From NCBI GenBank assembly GCA_020137815.1, contig CM035360.1, forward strand, positions 3,968,001 through 4,032,000: DNA of 64,000 nucleotides, read 5' to 3'. Under the pieces are notes generated by a model. That model was not told the DNA's origin, made no database searches, and saw only the letters and a program-made list of their open reading frames with translations. A program made the position numbers and the translations under genes. Shown in pieces: positions 17,517-28,876 of this stretch. Numbering within the stretch: the stretch's first letter is position 1; every line of letters begins with the position of its first letter. This stretch comes from Hormiphora californensis (taxonomy: Eukaryota; Animalia; Ctenophora).

Positions 17517-17680
17517 AGCTCGTCACTGTGTGCGCGGCTCTAGTTGCTACACCGTTGCCCTCGCAACGAAAGTGTGACCAAAAAATGTCCCTCTACCGAT
17601 TAGTTAGTATACCAAAATGTCGTTTTCGAATTCTAACCCTGCTATGCCTTTTTACAAAGTAAAAAGGCATCCGGGTGAAT
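17517..17680 (-). mobile_element. fragment of a dispersed repeat (HINE/Helentron-like), copy of 52523-52687
   Basis: About 160 bp nearly identical to the copy at 52.5 kb. Confidence 0.6.
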
Positions 17681-18675
17681 TATTCTCGAATCCCAATACC
17701 GATTGGCATCACTTTTCAACAGCCGAGGAGAAGCTGACAAAAAGAGAAAGGGGGTAAACATATCTAGCATATCTAGGGTAAACCGCAATGAGTCTGACAT
17801 CTTAGCAGCGAGGGAGCCAACCGAATCTCATGGGATTTTAAGGAAACTGCCAAAGCAACTTTTACCTGCCCAAATTTATTCGCATAGCAGGAAAGTTTGT
17901 ATTTGAAATGTTTATAGGAAAATCCATTTAATCCGAAATGGCTGAACCTTTCTTTTGGTATAGTAGAGATAAAATCTTGATTGTAGCTGGAAGGAGATAT
18001 CTCTACAGATTATTATCATGCGGCTCTCAAACAATTATCCAATACTCATCCCATTTCTTATTTTGAGGAGGTTCTTTTGGGGAATATCAAACATACATCG
18101 CGAATTAATTACTTTGATCTGGCTACTTTTGGCTTTTTAATTGGTTTGTTTGATTTAGCCAATTTGGTGTAACGTAGTAGACCTAAGAAAGGTGAAATGA
18201 TCCATTCTCCAACTAAGGATACCGACTCCCCTATGAGGCCCGGCAGTAGCTGGTGTGCGTGTGTGACGTGTGTCTGTGTGTTACACTGATATTATGTAAA
18301 GGAAGTAGATATTATATGGATCACGCTTTTCCATGACCTAATTCGTTGTGTTTGATGTTTGCTTGCTAGTTGCTACACAATATTTTACAGAAAAAGATAA
18401 TTAGTCCATAAACAGAAACAGATAATTAGTCCATTTTTTAGAGTTCCATCAGTTATTCAACACAAAAGTACCCAACTTTTGACTTTTTACTAAAACTGCC
18501 CTAACAGGTTTTGCAATCTTATTATTTTTCTCTCTCTCTCTCTCTCTCCTCCGATGTGTAACCGAGGTCGTATTTCATTCTGCAGCACTATCTTTGACAT
18601 CAAGCCTGTTCCTTTTAGGAGCACATAACTCGTGTTCAAATTCTTTACTTCTGTTGTAACTAATTCCCCCACGTA

Positions 18676-20023
18676 CCGTAATCTGGGGTAACTTTGTTTT
18701 GCAGGGTAACTTTGGACACTTTCAAAATTTGGCTTTAGTCCAAAATTACCAACAGATAACGACAGATTTGGCATAATTTTTGGGTGTACAAGTAATTGAC
18801 CCACAAATGTCTAACTAACGGTGCAATTATTTTTTTCAATTCTATGCTAATCAGCTCCTAATTAGGGCCAAACATAATTGATGTCAAAATCGCTAAAAAT
18901 GTTCAAATCAAAATGGGTACCATAGATTTGACCGGGCTAATGACCGAATCAAGTTTGCCCCATAGAGTGGAAGGGTTTCGATCAAATAATTCGGGGTACC
19001 ATTTTTCAAACCCGATCAATTACTTTAATTGAGACTAATAGGGGTGGCTAATGTTACCCCACCCATTTTTTGAATTTTGGGGTAACTTTGGACGGGGTGC
19101 CAAAGTTACCCCACACTACAGGTTTTGAACTTTTGATGTCTGTAGAGTTGCCTTAGACCCTCACTGAATTATTTAGGGCCATATAACCAAGATTCAGCCC
19201 ACTCCACGCCCATTTCCATCTATCTATACGATAGGTTAGTGAAAAAAACTAGGATTTGGAATACTCTATGGAGCTAAATCACAGTAATCCGGCCTGAAAC
19301 CCATCAAACTTCAATAATTTGGGGTTCCTCATCCATCCTGTAGCTTGTTAGATGGTATTGGATCTCTAGGCGAGTGTTCTAGTTCTTGTAGACAATCTAT
19401 GCAGGAACACAGGTACCAAAACTCCTTTATTTAGCCAGTACCCATAAGTAGACCACTTCCTGTCTATCCAATTCAGCAAAAAGAACTAACACACTCGCCT
19501 AGATAGAGGGCCAATACCATCTACCAAACTACAGGATGGATGAGAGACCCCAAATTACTGAAGTTTGATAGGTTTCAGGCCGGATGTGGCAACCTCTAAA
19601 TCAAGTCCGATTGAGCTGAAATTTTATTTGGTGGCTAGTTTCATCATTCTTCACACCCAAAAAAGTTGAGTCGACATCATTTACTGACCCCATTTAAACA
19701 TTTTAGGTTCATTTATTTATCATTGCAAAATGTTCGAATTTATGTTTGTTCCAATATTACTATCGTGGGGTAACTTTGGACGGGTGTCCAAAGTTACCCC
19801 ACCCTCATTCCAAAGTTACCCCATGCCCTAAAACCCCACTTACACTAAAATACACGTTAATTAATGTAATTAAATGAGAGGGGACCAAAAATTTCACTAG
19901 TTATATCTGGTGTACTAGGTCTGGAACGGGATTTTTTGGTCCAAAAATTTTCGAGTGTGGTTCTGGCAAGGAATTATTTTAGAAGAATGCTAAAAAGTGG
20001 TACAAAGTTACCCCAACTTACGG
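18676..20023. mobile_element. Tc1/pogo-like non-autonomous element
   Basis: TA|CCGTAATCTGGGGTAACTTTG...CAAAGTTACCCCAACTTACGG|TA. Repeated GGGGTAACTTTG motifs. Internal inverted repeat at about 19288-19390 / 19485-19585. Confidence 0.85.
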
Positions 20024-20656
20024 TATAAATAATTACCTATTAGCTGTGTAAAGCCTGCGGAACGCAGCTGAACCTAAATTGTTGGCTCAGTTTCGTCTCT
20101 TATCACCTGTGTTACACGCCTATGATGATGATTGTTCCTTGTCTAATTATATCGTAGAAGATAATGTACTCCCGTGGGGCGTGGGGCTTTAATAGCTCTC
20201 ACCGCGGCATGCGTTTGACTCATTAACTTGATATACACGTATAATATGTGTACCTACTCTCCCTACAATTTGTAGGGCGAGTAGGTACACATATTATAGT
20301 TAGTTAGTAGTACAAATGTAATACAATCTGCATAATTCTGTCTAAACCCTCGTTTAATATGTTGAGTTGTACAGCTGGTGTACATTACACCCGTCACCCG
20401 GGCCTTTGTTAGCGTTATGTTGGGATCTGTGACACAGCTCTAACTGTTACACTTGGCTCTATTCAGAATATAGTCTATTCTTTTTGTCTATTCTTTTTGT
20501 CTATTCTTTTGTGATTGCGTTTTTAAAGTTTAAACAGTCATTTGTACACATAACATTCCATTGACCATTTCGAACATTACTCTAACCAAACTTCCCCTAT
20601 TTTTATCTGTTGAGCATTACTCTAACCAAACTCCCCCTATTTTAGCTGTTGACACC

Positions 20657-21802
20657 ATGTCTGACGATGAACATGAGCACCTCCGGTGCCCAATCTGTCT
20701 GGAGATCTGCGAGGATGCGGTTGCTACCACGTGCTGTCATCAGCTCTTCTGTGTCACGTGCTCCGAAAACCTGTCCAACTGCCCGACCTGCCGGAAGTCA
20801 CCCTTTCAAGCAACCCCGAACATAGCGATACGCCGGCTGATTGGTGCCATGAAAACTTCCTGTGAGTGGTGTGGCGTGGAGAAGATATGCCGAGCTGATA
20901 TGAAAAATCATCTTGAGAAGTATTGCCCGGCAAATAAAGTCAAATGTAAAGACTGCGGGCTGACTGAAATAGCAAAGTCAGAACTACCGGAGCACAAGAG
21001 GGACTCGTGTCTGGGGAGGCTCGTTGATTGTACCCAGTGCCAAGACAAGGTCAAAGTCTTAGAACTCCTCGAGCACAAGGCCAAATCGTGCCCTCGGAGG
21101 ACGGTGACGTGCGAGCTGTGCGAGATGTCGGTAGTCTGCGAGGTCTTACTGGATCACAAGTACAAAAAGTGTTCCAAGCGGCAGGTTTCGTGTCCCGTAG
21201 CGGGTTGTGATATGGAACTAGGGATACCGTTCCTCAGTCTCCACTTGGAGGACATACACGGCCCAGTTGAGGAAATATTCCAAAAACTCAGCGCCAGTAC
21301 ACCTCCCCCACCTGATCCCCCTGCACGTCAAGCAGCTCCTGAGTTCATAGACCCCATCGAATCTAAGCAGAACCGAAATGGGAATCACGCCCGACTTGGT
21401 AGCACTGGAAAGTTCTACTGCGGATCTCGGCTGGGCTTCTCCTGTGGCTGCTGCAACGGCTTCTGTGGGCCTACTAATGGTTGTAACTGTGTGGCGTGTT
21501 ATGAGCTGGACCTGAAAACCCGGCGGTTACCCCCGGGATACTACGTCAACAAGTTGGGCGCGGTGTGTCGGAAAGGGACTATTGTCCAGTCTAAAGTGTA
21601 CTGTGGACGTAAGGTGATGCAGGTGACCCGGAGGTGTGATGGTTGGTGTGGCGATGACAATGGACCGGAGTGTGAGGAGTGTGCCCTCTTGTTCCTTCAA
21701 ATTCAGACTTGTTATCGGGAGTTTTGCTCCAGTGAAGACTGGGAGGAGTGGGCTGGAATGCGGGATAGAGGCCGTAATGTCAATAATTGTAGACATCAGT
21801 AG
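20657..21802 (+). CDS. intronless RING-HC + TRAF-type zinc-finger protein with a duplicated Cys-rich C-terminal domain (probable E3 ligase), 381 aa
   Basis: ATG at 20657 (accATG). RING CPIC..C.H.FC..C..CPTC, four to five CxxC..H..C TRAF-like fingers, a Pro-rich linker, then two YCG-xn-C[ND]GxCGxxNGxxCxxC repeats. No MATH domain. Branch point, pyrimidine tract and AG acceptor lie just upstream. Confidence 0.9.
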   Translation: MSDDEHEHLRCPICLEICEDAVATTCCHQLFCVTCSENLSNCPTCRKSPFQATPNIAIRRLIGAMKTSCEWCGVEKICRADMKNHLEKYCPANKVKCKDCGLTEIAKSELPEHKRDSCLGRLVDCTQCQDKVKVLELLEHKAKSCPRRTVTCELCEMSVVCEVLLDHKYKKCSKRQVSCPVAGCDMELGIPFLSLHLEDIHGPVEEIFQKLSASTPPPPDPPARQAAPEFIDPIESKQNRNGNHARLGSTGKFYCGSRLGFSCGCCNGFCGPTNGCNCVACYELDLKTRRLPPGYYVNKLGAVCRKGTIVQSKVYCGRKVMQVTRRCDGWCGDDNGPECEECALLFLQIQTCYREFCSSEDWEEWAGMRDRGRNVNNCRHQ

Positions 21803-22809
21803 AACGTAGACAGGGGAGAAACTGACGTGAAGTGTGAATTATTGTAGTGATCTCTGAGGTTTGGGGACTGAAACAGGTCATTTTTTGAGATGATTATGGG
21901 AGCTTTATAGTATTTTTTAAAAGTGTGAGCGAGGGAGAACATGGGACTAGCTCTTAATAAATTTTATAAATAGTAGCAAGTTTTGATGATTTGCTTTTAT
22001 TTTGTGTTTCTAAACGCTTTTTTCAAGAACTGAGCACTATAATACTTAGTATAATAACACCAAACGCACTTCCACAAGGCACTTCGACAAACTAAAATAG
22101 CTCTTTGAAAGCTCATCAAATCAACAAAACTTCCCTGTACCAAGCAGCAAGTACAGCTATATCGCTGTTGAAATGATTTAAGAACACGGAGCATCCCAGA
22201 CCGCACGTTGCTTGAGAGTGGAACAGTACGAAGGAGCTGGCGATCAGAGGGCATAGAGGGGGACGGGGTATAACAGAGAGAGAGAGAGAGGAGAGAGGGT
22301 GGTTGGAGCAGAGGCTAGAGAGAGGTTGTATAGAAGGGATCAGAGGGCATAGAGGGATGGGGTATAACAGAGATTATGGTGGCGGGGGTCGGTTGGAGCA
22401 TCGAGAGAGAGAAGAGATTATATGTAGAACGCTGCGGCTGGCTGAATATCAACTGGATCGAACAATGGAAAGCTATATACTTCAACTCCGAGAGTAGCAA
22501 TCTGCTCACGTATTATTCTGATCTGAACTTAGTTTAACACATGTCTTTTCAGAAGCTGTCTCGTGCCAATATAAGAAGTATCATGAACAGGACAAGGTTA
22601 AACAATCCATTTCTTGGTAGGCTTCCAGGGATAGTTGCAACAATGCTAAACGGAAGTTAGAATTAGAAGCTAGTCAACAGCTCTGTCAGAGCATTGACCT
22701 GACAGCTATTAGCTAATGTTGGATATAAAATGAGTAAACAAAGATAGAGTAGGGTCTACCGCTGCAAATTATAATGATAGGGGTTTAAGTGAAAACAGAA
22801 ATCGCAAAT

Positions 22810-23000
22810 GAAAACAAGTGGTTTTATCAGACAATTGTTTCGATCCATCTGGATCTCATCAGTATTCAGTAATTCCACTGATGAGATCCATCTGGATTCT
22901 GGATCGAAACAATTGTCTGGTAAAACCGCTTGTTTTCATTTGTTTTCTGCTCTCGGTCCTGGATCGATTGAGCTCTCTCGTGTGAATCGACTACTCACAT
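22810..23000 (+). mobile_element. second Penelope-like palindromic insertion with hammerhead ribozymes
   Basis: Inverted arms at about 22805-22863 / 22877-22942, then an approximately 55-bp tail. Flanking 20-bp near-identical direct repeats TGAAAACAGAAATYGYAAAT (22790-22809 / 23001-23020). Confidence 0.8.
22875..22920 (+). ncRNA. minimal type I hammerhead ribozyme
   Basis: Stem I CCA/TGG, CTGATGA, stem II GATCCA/TGGATC, GAAA, palindromic stem III C-AATT-G, and GUC cleavage site at 22915-22917. Inverted copy on the minus strand at about 22828-22863. Confidence 0.85.
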
Positions 23001-23912
23001 TGAAAACAGAAATTGTAAATTTGTTTTTAAAAAAAACAAGCAAAATGATACCTGTTATGCAAAGTAAAACACAGTTCCAAATACGAAAGCCGTGGAACAA
23101 CTAGCCTTGCACCCTTCGATAATACGGCATGAGAGTCCGCATTGCTGCGTATCTGATACGCAGCGATGCAGATACGGTATCTAATTTGCCAAGATATAGA
23201 AACGCCTAGATTAAGCAAAAATTAACGGAAAACATTTGTCACATGCCTTGCATCTAGAAGCAATTAGCGCAGCAGCTGGGCTTATGTGTGACATGCGCTG
23301 TATGTAGGGGAAACTCTACCTGTAATTTTCATCAATAAGGGATAGACTGTTAGTCTCACGTAAGCAACAGTTGCGAAACACCTATGCGATACGTCAAATA
23401 CTTGTCTCACAAAAGACTACCCTCTCTGAATCAGACACGTGAAGCAGAAGTTTTTCAACCGCTGTTCTGAGAGAATAGGCCCAATGCTCTTCGGCCATGC
23501 AGTAAATTTATACCGGTTAGTGGTAGAATTAGAACGAGTAGATGACATGGGAAATAAGAAAAACCTTAAGTGCTTCATGCAAAAAATTCCCAGAACTTCC
23601 TCTTGAATTTACAGCAGAACATAAACTGGCACGCATTCTCACAAGGGGGAGAGAGACAGAGAGAGGGGAGATAGACAGAGAGAGGATGGACTATGGAGAG
23701 AGGGGATGGACTATATGGACATCGTTTCATTACTTTAGACTCGAGCTGCTCTAAAATAGTAACACCCGTCCTCCGTTCTTTCAAGCACACTACCAGCCGA
23801 TAGACGTGTCTATAGAGTGAACTATTACAGGGGACGTGTTACTTTTTAGACGGTCCTCTAAGGAACCTGTGAATTTTTTTGTATAATAATTCCTTCGAGA
23901 GAACATTATATA

Positions 23913-24760
23913 CAGTCGGACCCCGATTTAGGTCTTGTCCACTAAATCGGGGTGTCCACTAAATCGGGGTGAACCATATTTGACCCAAAAAACCTATTTT
24001 ATTGCCCAAAATGCTATATTATTAAGACTAAAGACACCTCTAACTGTTATTATATGCAATATTCATGTATTGATGACATGATCATTTCTGATTAGAAAAA
24101 GAAAAATACAAAATAATTCTTTTTCAAAAAAAAGTGGAAAATTTTCTAAGTTATACCAGTCCGTCCGGTTTGTATTTCGAATCGGTGCAACTTACTGGAT
24201 ATCCTGTCTAATTAGCGGGTTCAAAACGAACCGATACGTGATACCATACCGAATCGGGGCACCCTAAGCGGGTGAGGAAGTATAAAAATTTCAAAATAAC
24301 TTTTTCTCTCAAAATTTATGGGGAGCACCGATCAAAGCATTGACAATCGTACTGTAAAATTTTGCAAAAAAGTTATAAATTTTTTTAAAGGTATACCAGC
24401 CACGTCCGAATCGTGTTTCGAATCGGTGCATCTTATCGCATGTCCTGCTGCTAATTATACGGAACGAATCGAAACGTGATCCCCATCGAATCGAAATTTT
24501 GACGATTGGACCTTGGTGAACTTGTGATTCAATGGGCACCATGGGGATCACGTGTCGGTTCGTTCCGAACTGTCTAATTAGCAGAGGGACATGCGATAAG
24601 ATGCACCGATTCGAAACACGATTCGGACATGGCTGGAATCTTTTTGAAAAATTTCACAAAAAATTTCCCAAAAAAAATTCAAAAATTTTTGGGGGAAAAA
24701 AATCCTGTCCCTAAATCGGGGTGTCCCTAAATCGGGGGTCCCTAAATCGGGGTCCGACTG
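23913..24760. mobile_element. longer pogo-like MITE (CAGTCGGACCCCGATTTA family)
   Basis: TA|CAGTCGGACCCCGATTTAGG...CCTAAATCGGGGTCCGACTG|TA. Internal inverted repeat at about 24390-24490 / 24540-24640. Confidence 0.85.
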
Positions 24761-26454
24761 TAGTAGCTGAGACATAATATCTCACCCTCCCTCTCTCGCT
24801 TTATCTTTCTCAGAATCTCTTTTTCAATTTCAAATTGCTATTGGCGTGGTCGAATCAAATTGCAGGAGTAGTACACAATTGCTCACGGCCTCGAAAACAG
24901 TTCTTTGGACCCAATAACCATGATATACCATGATGTAATTCGTTCGAATTGGACAATATAAGGAGGGCGTTGATGTTATATAGTTTATCAACTTTTCTAA
25001 AGCCAGTAGCTACTATGTAATTGGTACGGACGGACTACAATCTTAAAAGGATGCCACGGAGAAAACAAAGCCGATACTTCAGTATCCATTCAAGTATAAA
25101 AACAATCCGATCGTGAGTCAATCGTCCTTTCATATAGATTCATTTTATAGTAGATGAAAACACGCCTCTATTTATAAAAACATCTGATGTTCCTGCTGTT
25201 CCTAGTTCATTTCAATAATGAATGAGAAAAGACTGGACGAACATGGGACGTAGAGATCAGCTACCTGCAAAAAGATGTTTTCGCTCTCACTACCACTATA
25301 ACTCTCTCTCTCTCTCTCTCTCTCTATCCTTCTCTCTATCTATCTCTCTTTCTCCCTCTATCTATCTACCCCTATTTTTCTATCTATCTTTCTGTTCTTT
25401 CTCTGTTGCTTCTATCGTATGAAAGTCTCATAACACCTTGTGACCGCCAGTAGATGAAAATCCCATGCATATTATATTATTGCTTTACTTCGAGAAAAGC
25501 CAAAAGGTGGGAAAAGTTCCCTGCAGCAGCCGTTGAAATCATTCCCTGGCAAAAAGCCAATATAAGACTTGAACCAATGCAAAACTGTGCAGTTAACTGC
25601 ACAGGTTACCGTTTACCGTTTAGCTGACTCACACATGGGTGCTATCTGGCGGCGCATATGGGTGCTTATAGTGATAATACGGTATTAGTTCAACATGGTA
25701 TCAGTTGACAGTTCATAATGGTAAATCGATGCACAAGCGGGACCAATCAACACGCTATGACGTGCTGACCAAATGCACTTTTAACAGCTTTCTGACAAAT
25801 ACACTCGCCAATACAGTATTGAGTATCCGCCATTACGGTATCTCCACTACTGTAGTGTGTAACACAAGCACCACTGTCACGGGGCAGAGTTTTGATAAAT
25901 AATAGACTAAAGTAGGTTTTTTAAAGTTGTCACCCCAAATATCGAATTTTCTGAAAACTTTTTAGCACACGTTATCATGTGATAGGCTGGGGATAGGCTC
26001 ACAAAAAAACGAGCGCACGAGAAGGGGATGAAAACTTCAAAAAATCCGACTTTATAAGATAAGGAGCAGTGTCAGAGCTCTGACACTCAGCAGAGTACAG
26101 TTGGACCCCGATTTACTGGGAGGATAAATTCACCCCGGTATGAGGAATTATCAATTAACAATTCTTGACCCCGATTTTCCGGGCAAAACTCTTTCCCTGG
26201 GCATCCCGGTAAATCGGGGTCCGACTGTTATAGTACCATCCTCGTTACTATAGATTCCTCGCCCTAGTATGTAGGTTTAATAGTGTTTGTATGTGACGTG
26301 TGTACGGTATTTCACCATGTATATCTCTCACTATATCTCGAGGCATTTCTCTCAATAGACGACCTTGACGTGCTTTCTGTTAGTCTTGATCCGATAGATT
26401 TAAACTCATATATTCGATACTTTGATAGTTAAAGATCCATTAATTGGACATGAT

Positions 26455-27908
26455 ATGGTAATTAATTATAATAGACCTGTCAGGCCAATGCTCTAACCAT
26501 GACAGTTCTCGCACGCTATTTGAAAAAAAATTATAATAGGGCCAGGCCAATGCTCTTACAGTAATTGACTGACTTGTGCCCTCACGCCGTGGCCAATGTA
26601 GTAGCAATGGGAGAAGCTGTATCTCAAACGGGGCCGGCGCTAGAGCTCACAGAAAAATTTCCAGATTTTTAGTTGTCACCCGTTAGCGCTCTATCGGTCG
26701 TTCACCAAAATATATCATTTCTTCAGCACCTAACGGGCCTGGTTGAACCCACAGAGAACACACTACTAACTCAGCAAAGCAACAATGGCACTGTGGAAAG
26801 TGGATATGCGTCCATCAGCACTGTCAGCTCTGGACCCTTAACTGCAGTTACCAGCGCACCACGAGATAGTCCAAGGTCTGCTGATATCATTACAGGTGAC
26901 CCTTTTTTTTTCTTTTCTGTGCGGTATGTTCCCCTTTTTTTTCCATCTCTCAGAGTTACTTACACATAGCTATAACAGGTTATGTTCTAACCCTTCCTTT
27001 ACATAAAAGAGGGTCGAGCTAGGCAAGTTTGTGACATTCAAACCTCCCTATAGGTAATAACAATCAACCAGGAGAGGAGGATTTGCCCAGTATGGTGCGT
27101 GTCGTGTACCAGATGGACACAGTTCAAGGACCACAGCCCGGATACCAGGCGTCTGGGGGTGGTGGTGATCCCTACCAACTTGATGCTTTAGACAAAGCAG
27201 CAGGTACATGTGGGGGAAAGCAGTCGTGCCTGAACCTCAGGTTCAAGCCACGGCTATTTCCCCCTGTGGGAAAGGAACGTAAGTGCCAGTACCTCAGAAT
27301 CTCTAATCAGTTCCTCCTAATTTACTAATCCAGCTTTCTACTTCTTCTTGTACTTTAGCTTATTAAACGAAGTGTATTCGTCAATTTAACCATCTTCTAA
27401 ATCCCACCTAGATGAGAAGTTCCACAATATATCTGGCCGGTCAGACTATCATCATTCAGTTGAGGTACCAGCAACACCGGCAGCAACCACCCGACTCTTT
27501 GGCTGCTTTGGGTCACCAACAACAGGGGATGATGGTGCCAACTGTATCATACTTGTTTACAGGTACATGTATCTCTTGTTATGTGTTCCAGCCTTGTTCA
27601 AGGTTCGATCCTCTGTCCGCGACAGAATTTAGGGAACCGATGAGAGATCAGAGAGGATCGATCGATCAATGCAATGCATCTTATCTTACTGATCTTAAAT
27701 AGAACCATGCGTGTGTTCAGGATTCGTTAATGCAAGGTGTAAGTGTTATTGAAAACTTGGGTATATTGATTATTGATTAAATCCCTTCCCCTCAGCCGCC
27801 TGCTGGAGCTTGTCATCCCGAACAACAAAGATGGCTATGTGGACGTGGACGCAGTACCCGACACAACAAATAAACAGTACGTGAAGAGAAGGAGAGAGAG
27901 AGGGGAGA

Positions 27909-27944
<36 letters not shown>

Positions 27945-28677
27945 CAGAGACAGAGACAGAGACAGAGACAGAGACAGAGACAGAGACAGAGACAGAGACA
28001 GAGACAGAGACAGAGACAGAGACAGAGACAGAGACAGAGACAGAGACAGAGACAGAGACAGAGACAGAGACAGAGACAGTGACAGAGACAGAGACAGAGA
28101 GGAAAAGAAGAGAGAAAAGGGAGAAAATAAAGAGTGATAAATTTACTTCTAAGATTCACATATTGTAAATAACTTTTCATGCCCACTTTAAGGCAGGGCT
28201 CTACTATATAGGTCCTTGCTTGTCAAAGTTTTTTAACTGTTTCTTCTTTCTCTCTCAAGTGAAGCTTCTAAATTGTTGGCCTATTCAGTCGGCTATAACA
28301 GTAGCTACTTTCTGTGGTTAGCACACTCATGTAGCATATAATGCGAGGATTTTGTGACAGACCGTAATATATGATATCGTATATGTTATATATTATGACA
28401 GTTTTAACACACCCTAATTTTATACCGAGACGCCTCTCGTTGGTATTTTTTCCCTTGAAACTGGTAATATATGATACTGATACACTGATTAGTCAGAGCT
28501 TCTTTTTTTCTTGTGCGGCATATTCCCCTTTCTTGGTAATAGACCATCTCTGCAGTTGGTGTTACACTAGTCAGAGCTTTGTAAGGGCCCGTTTTGTGAA
28601 TTAGAATATTTCGATTCCTTGTTTTCCTTTTCAACTTTGTTCCTAGTGATCACAGTTGCAATGCTTCCTCCGATTGA
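26455..28677 (+). CDS. multi-exon protein of unknown function, low complexity; 5' end uncertain
   Basis: Phase-consistent GT-AG exons 26727-26895, 27054-27278, 27412-27562, 27796-27876 and 28647-28677 (TGA). Tentative ATG|GT at 26455-26457. No recognisable domain. Confidence 0.6.
26477..26561 (-). mobile_element. micro-MITE, family A
   Basis: TSD TAATAGAC / TAATTGAC (7/8). Confidence 0.7.
27921..28099. repeat. (GAGACA)n hexamer microsatellite
   Basis: Read directly. Complementary (TCTCTG)n tract at about 56400-56590. Confidence 0.95.
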
Positions 28678-28799
28678 TCATCGTGGAAAAATAACTAACA
28701 AGACGGACCCCAAAACCAGGTAGGAACATCGAGATTAAATAGAATCCAAACAGCGACTCTTTGTTGAGTAAAGGGCGGAGAAGGACCGCCTCTCATCCC

Positions 28800-28876
28800 C
28801 TGTTAGAGCATTGGCCTGACCCTATTATCATTTCTCTCAGCACGCGAGAACTGTGGTCAGAGCATTGGCCTGACAG
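28800..28876 (+). mobile_element. 77-bp micro-MITE, family A, nested in a small TTGTTGAGTAAGGG hairpin repeat
   Basis: Perfect TSD CTCATCCC (28792-28799 / 28877-28884). The host hairpin family also occurs at 14704-14740 and 53681-53716. Confidence 0.85.

Noticed and set aside
20561-20656. N-terminal extension of the 413-aa ORF from the TTG start
   Set aside because: It runs through a duplicated branch-point/acceptor region. The ATG at 20657 is the plausible start.
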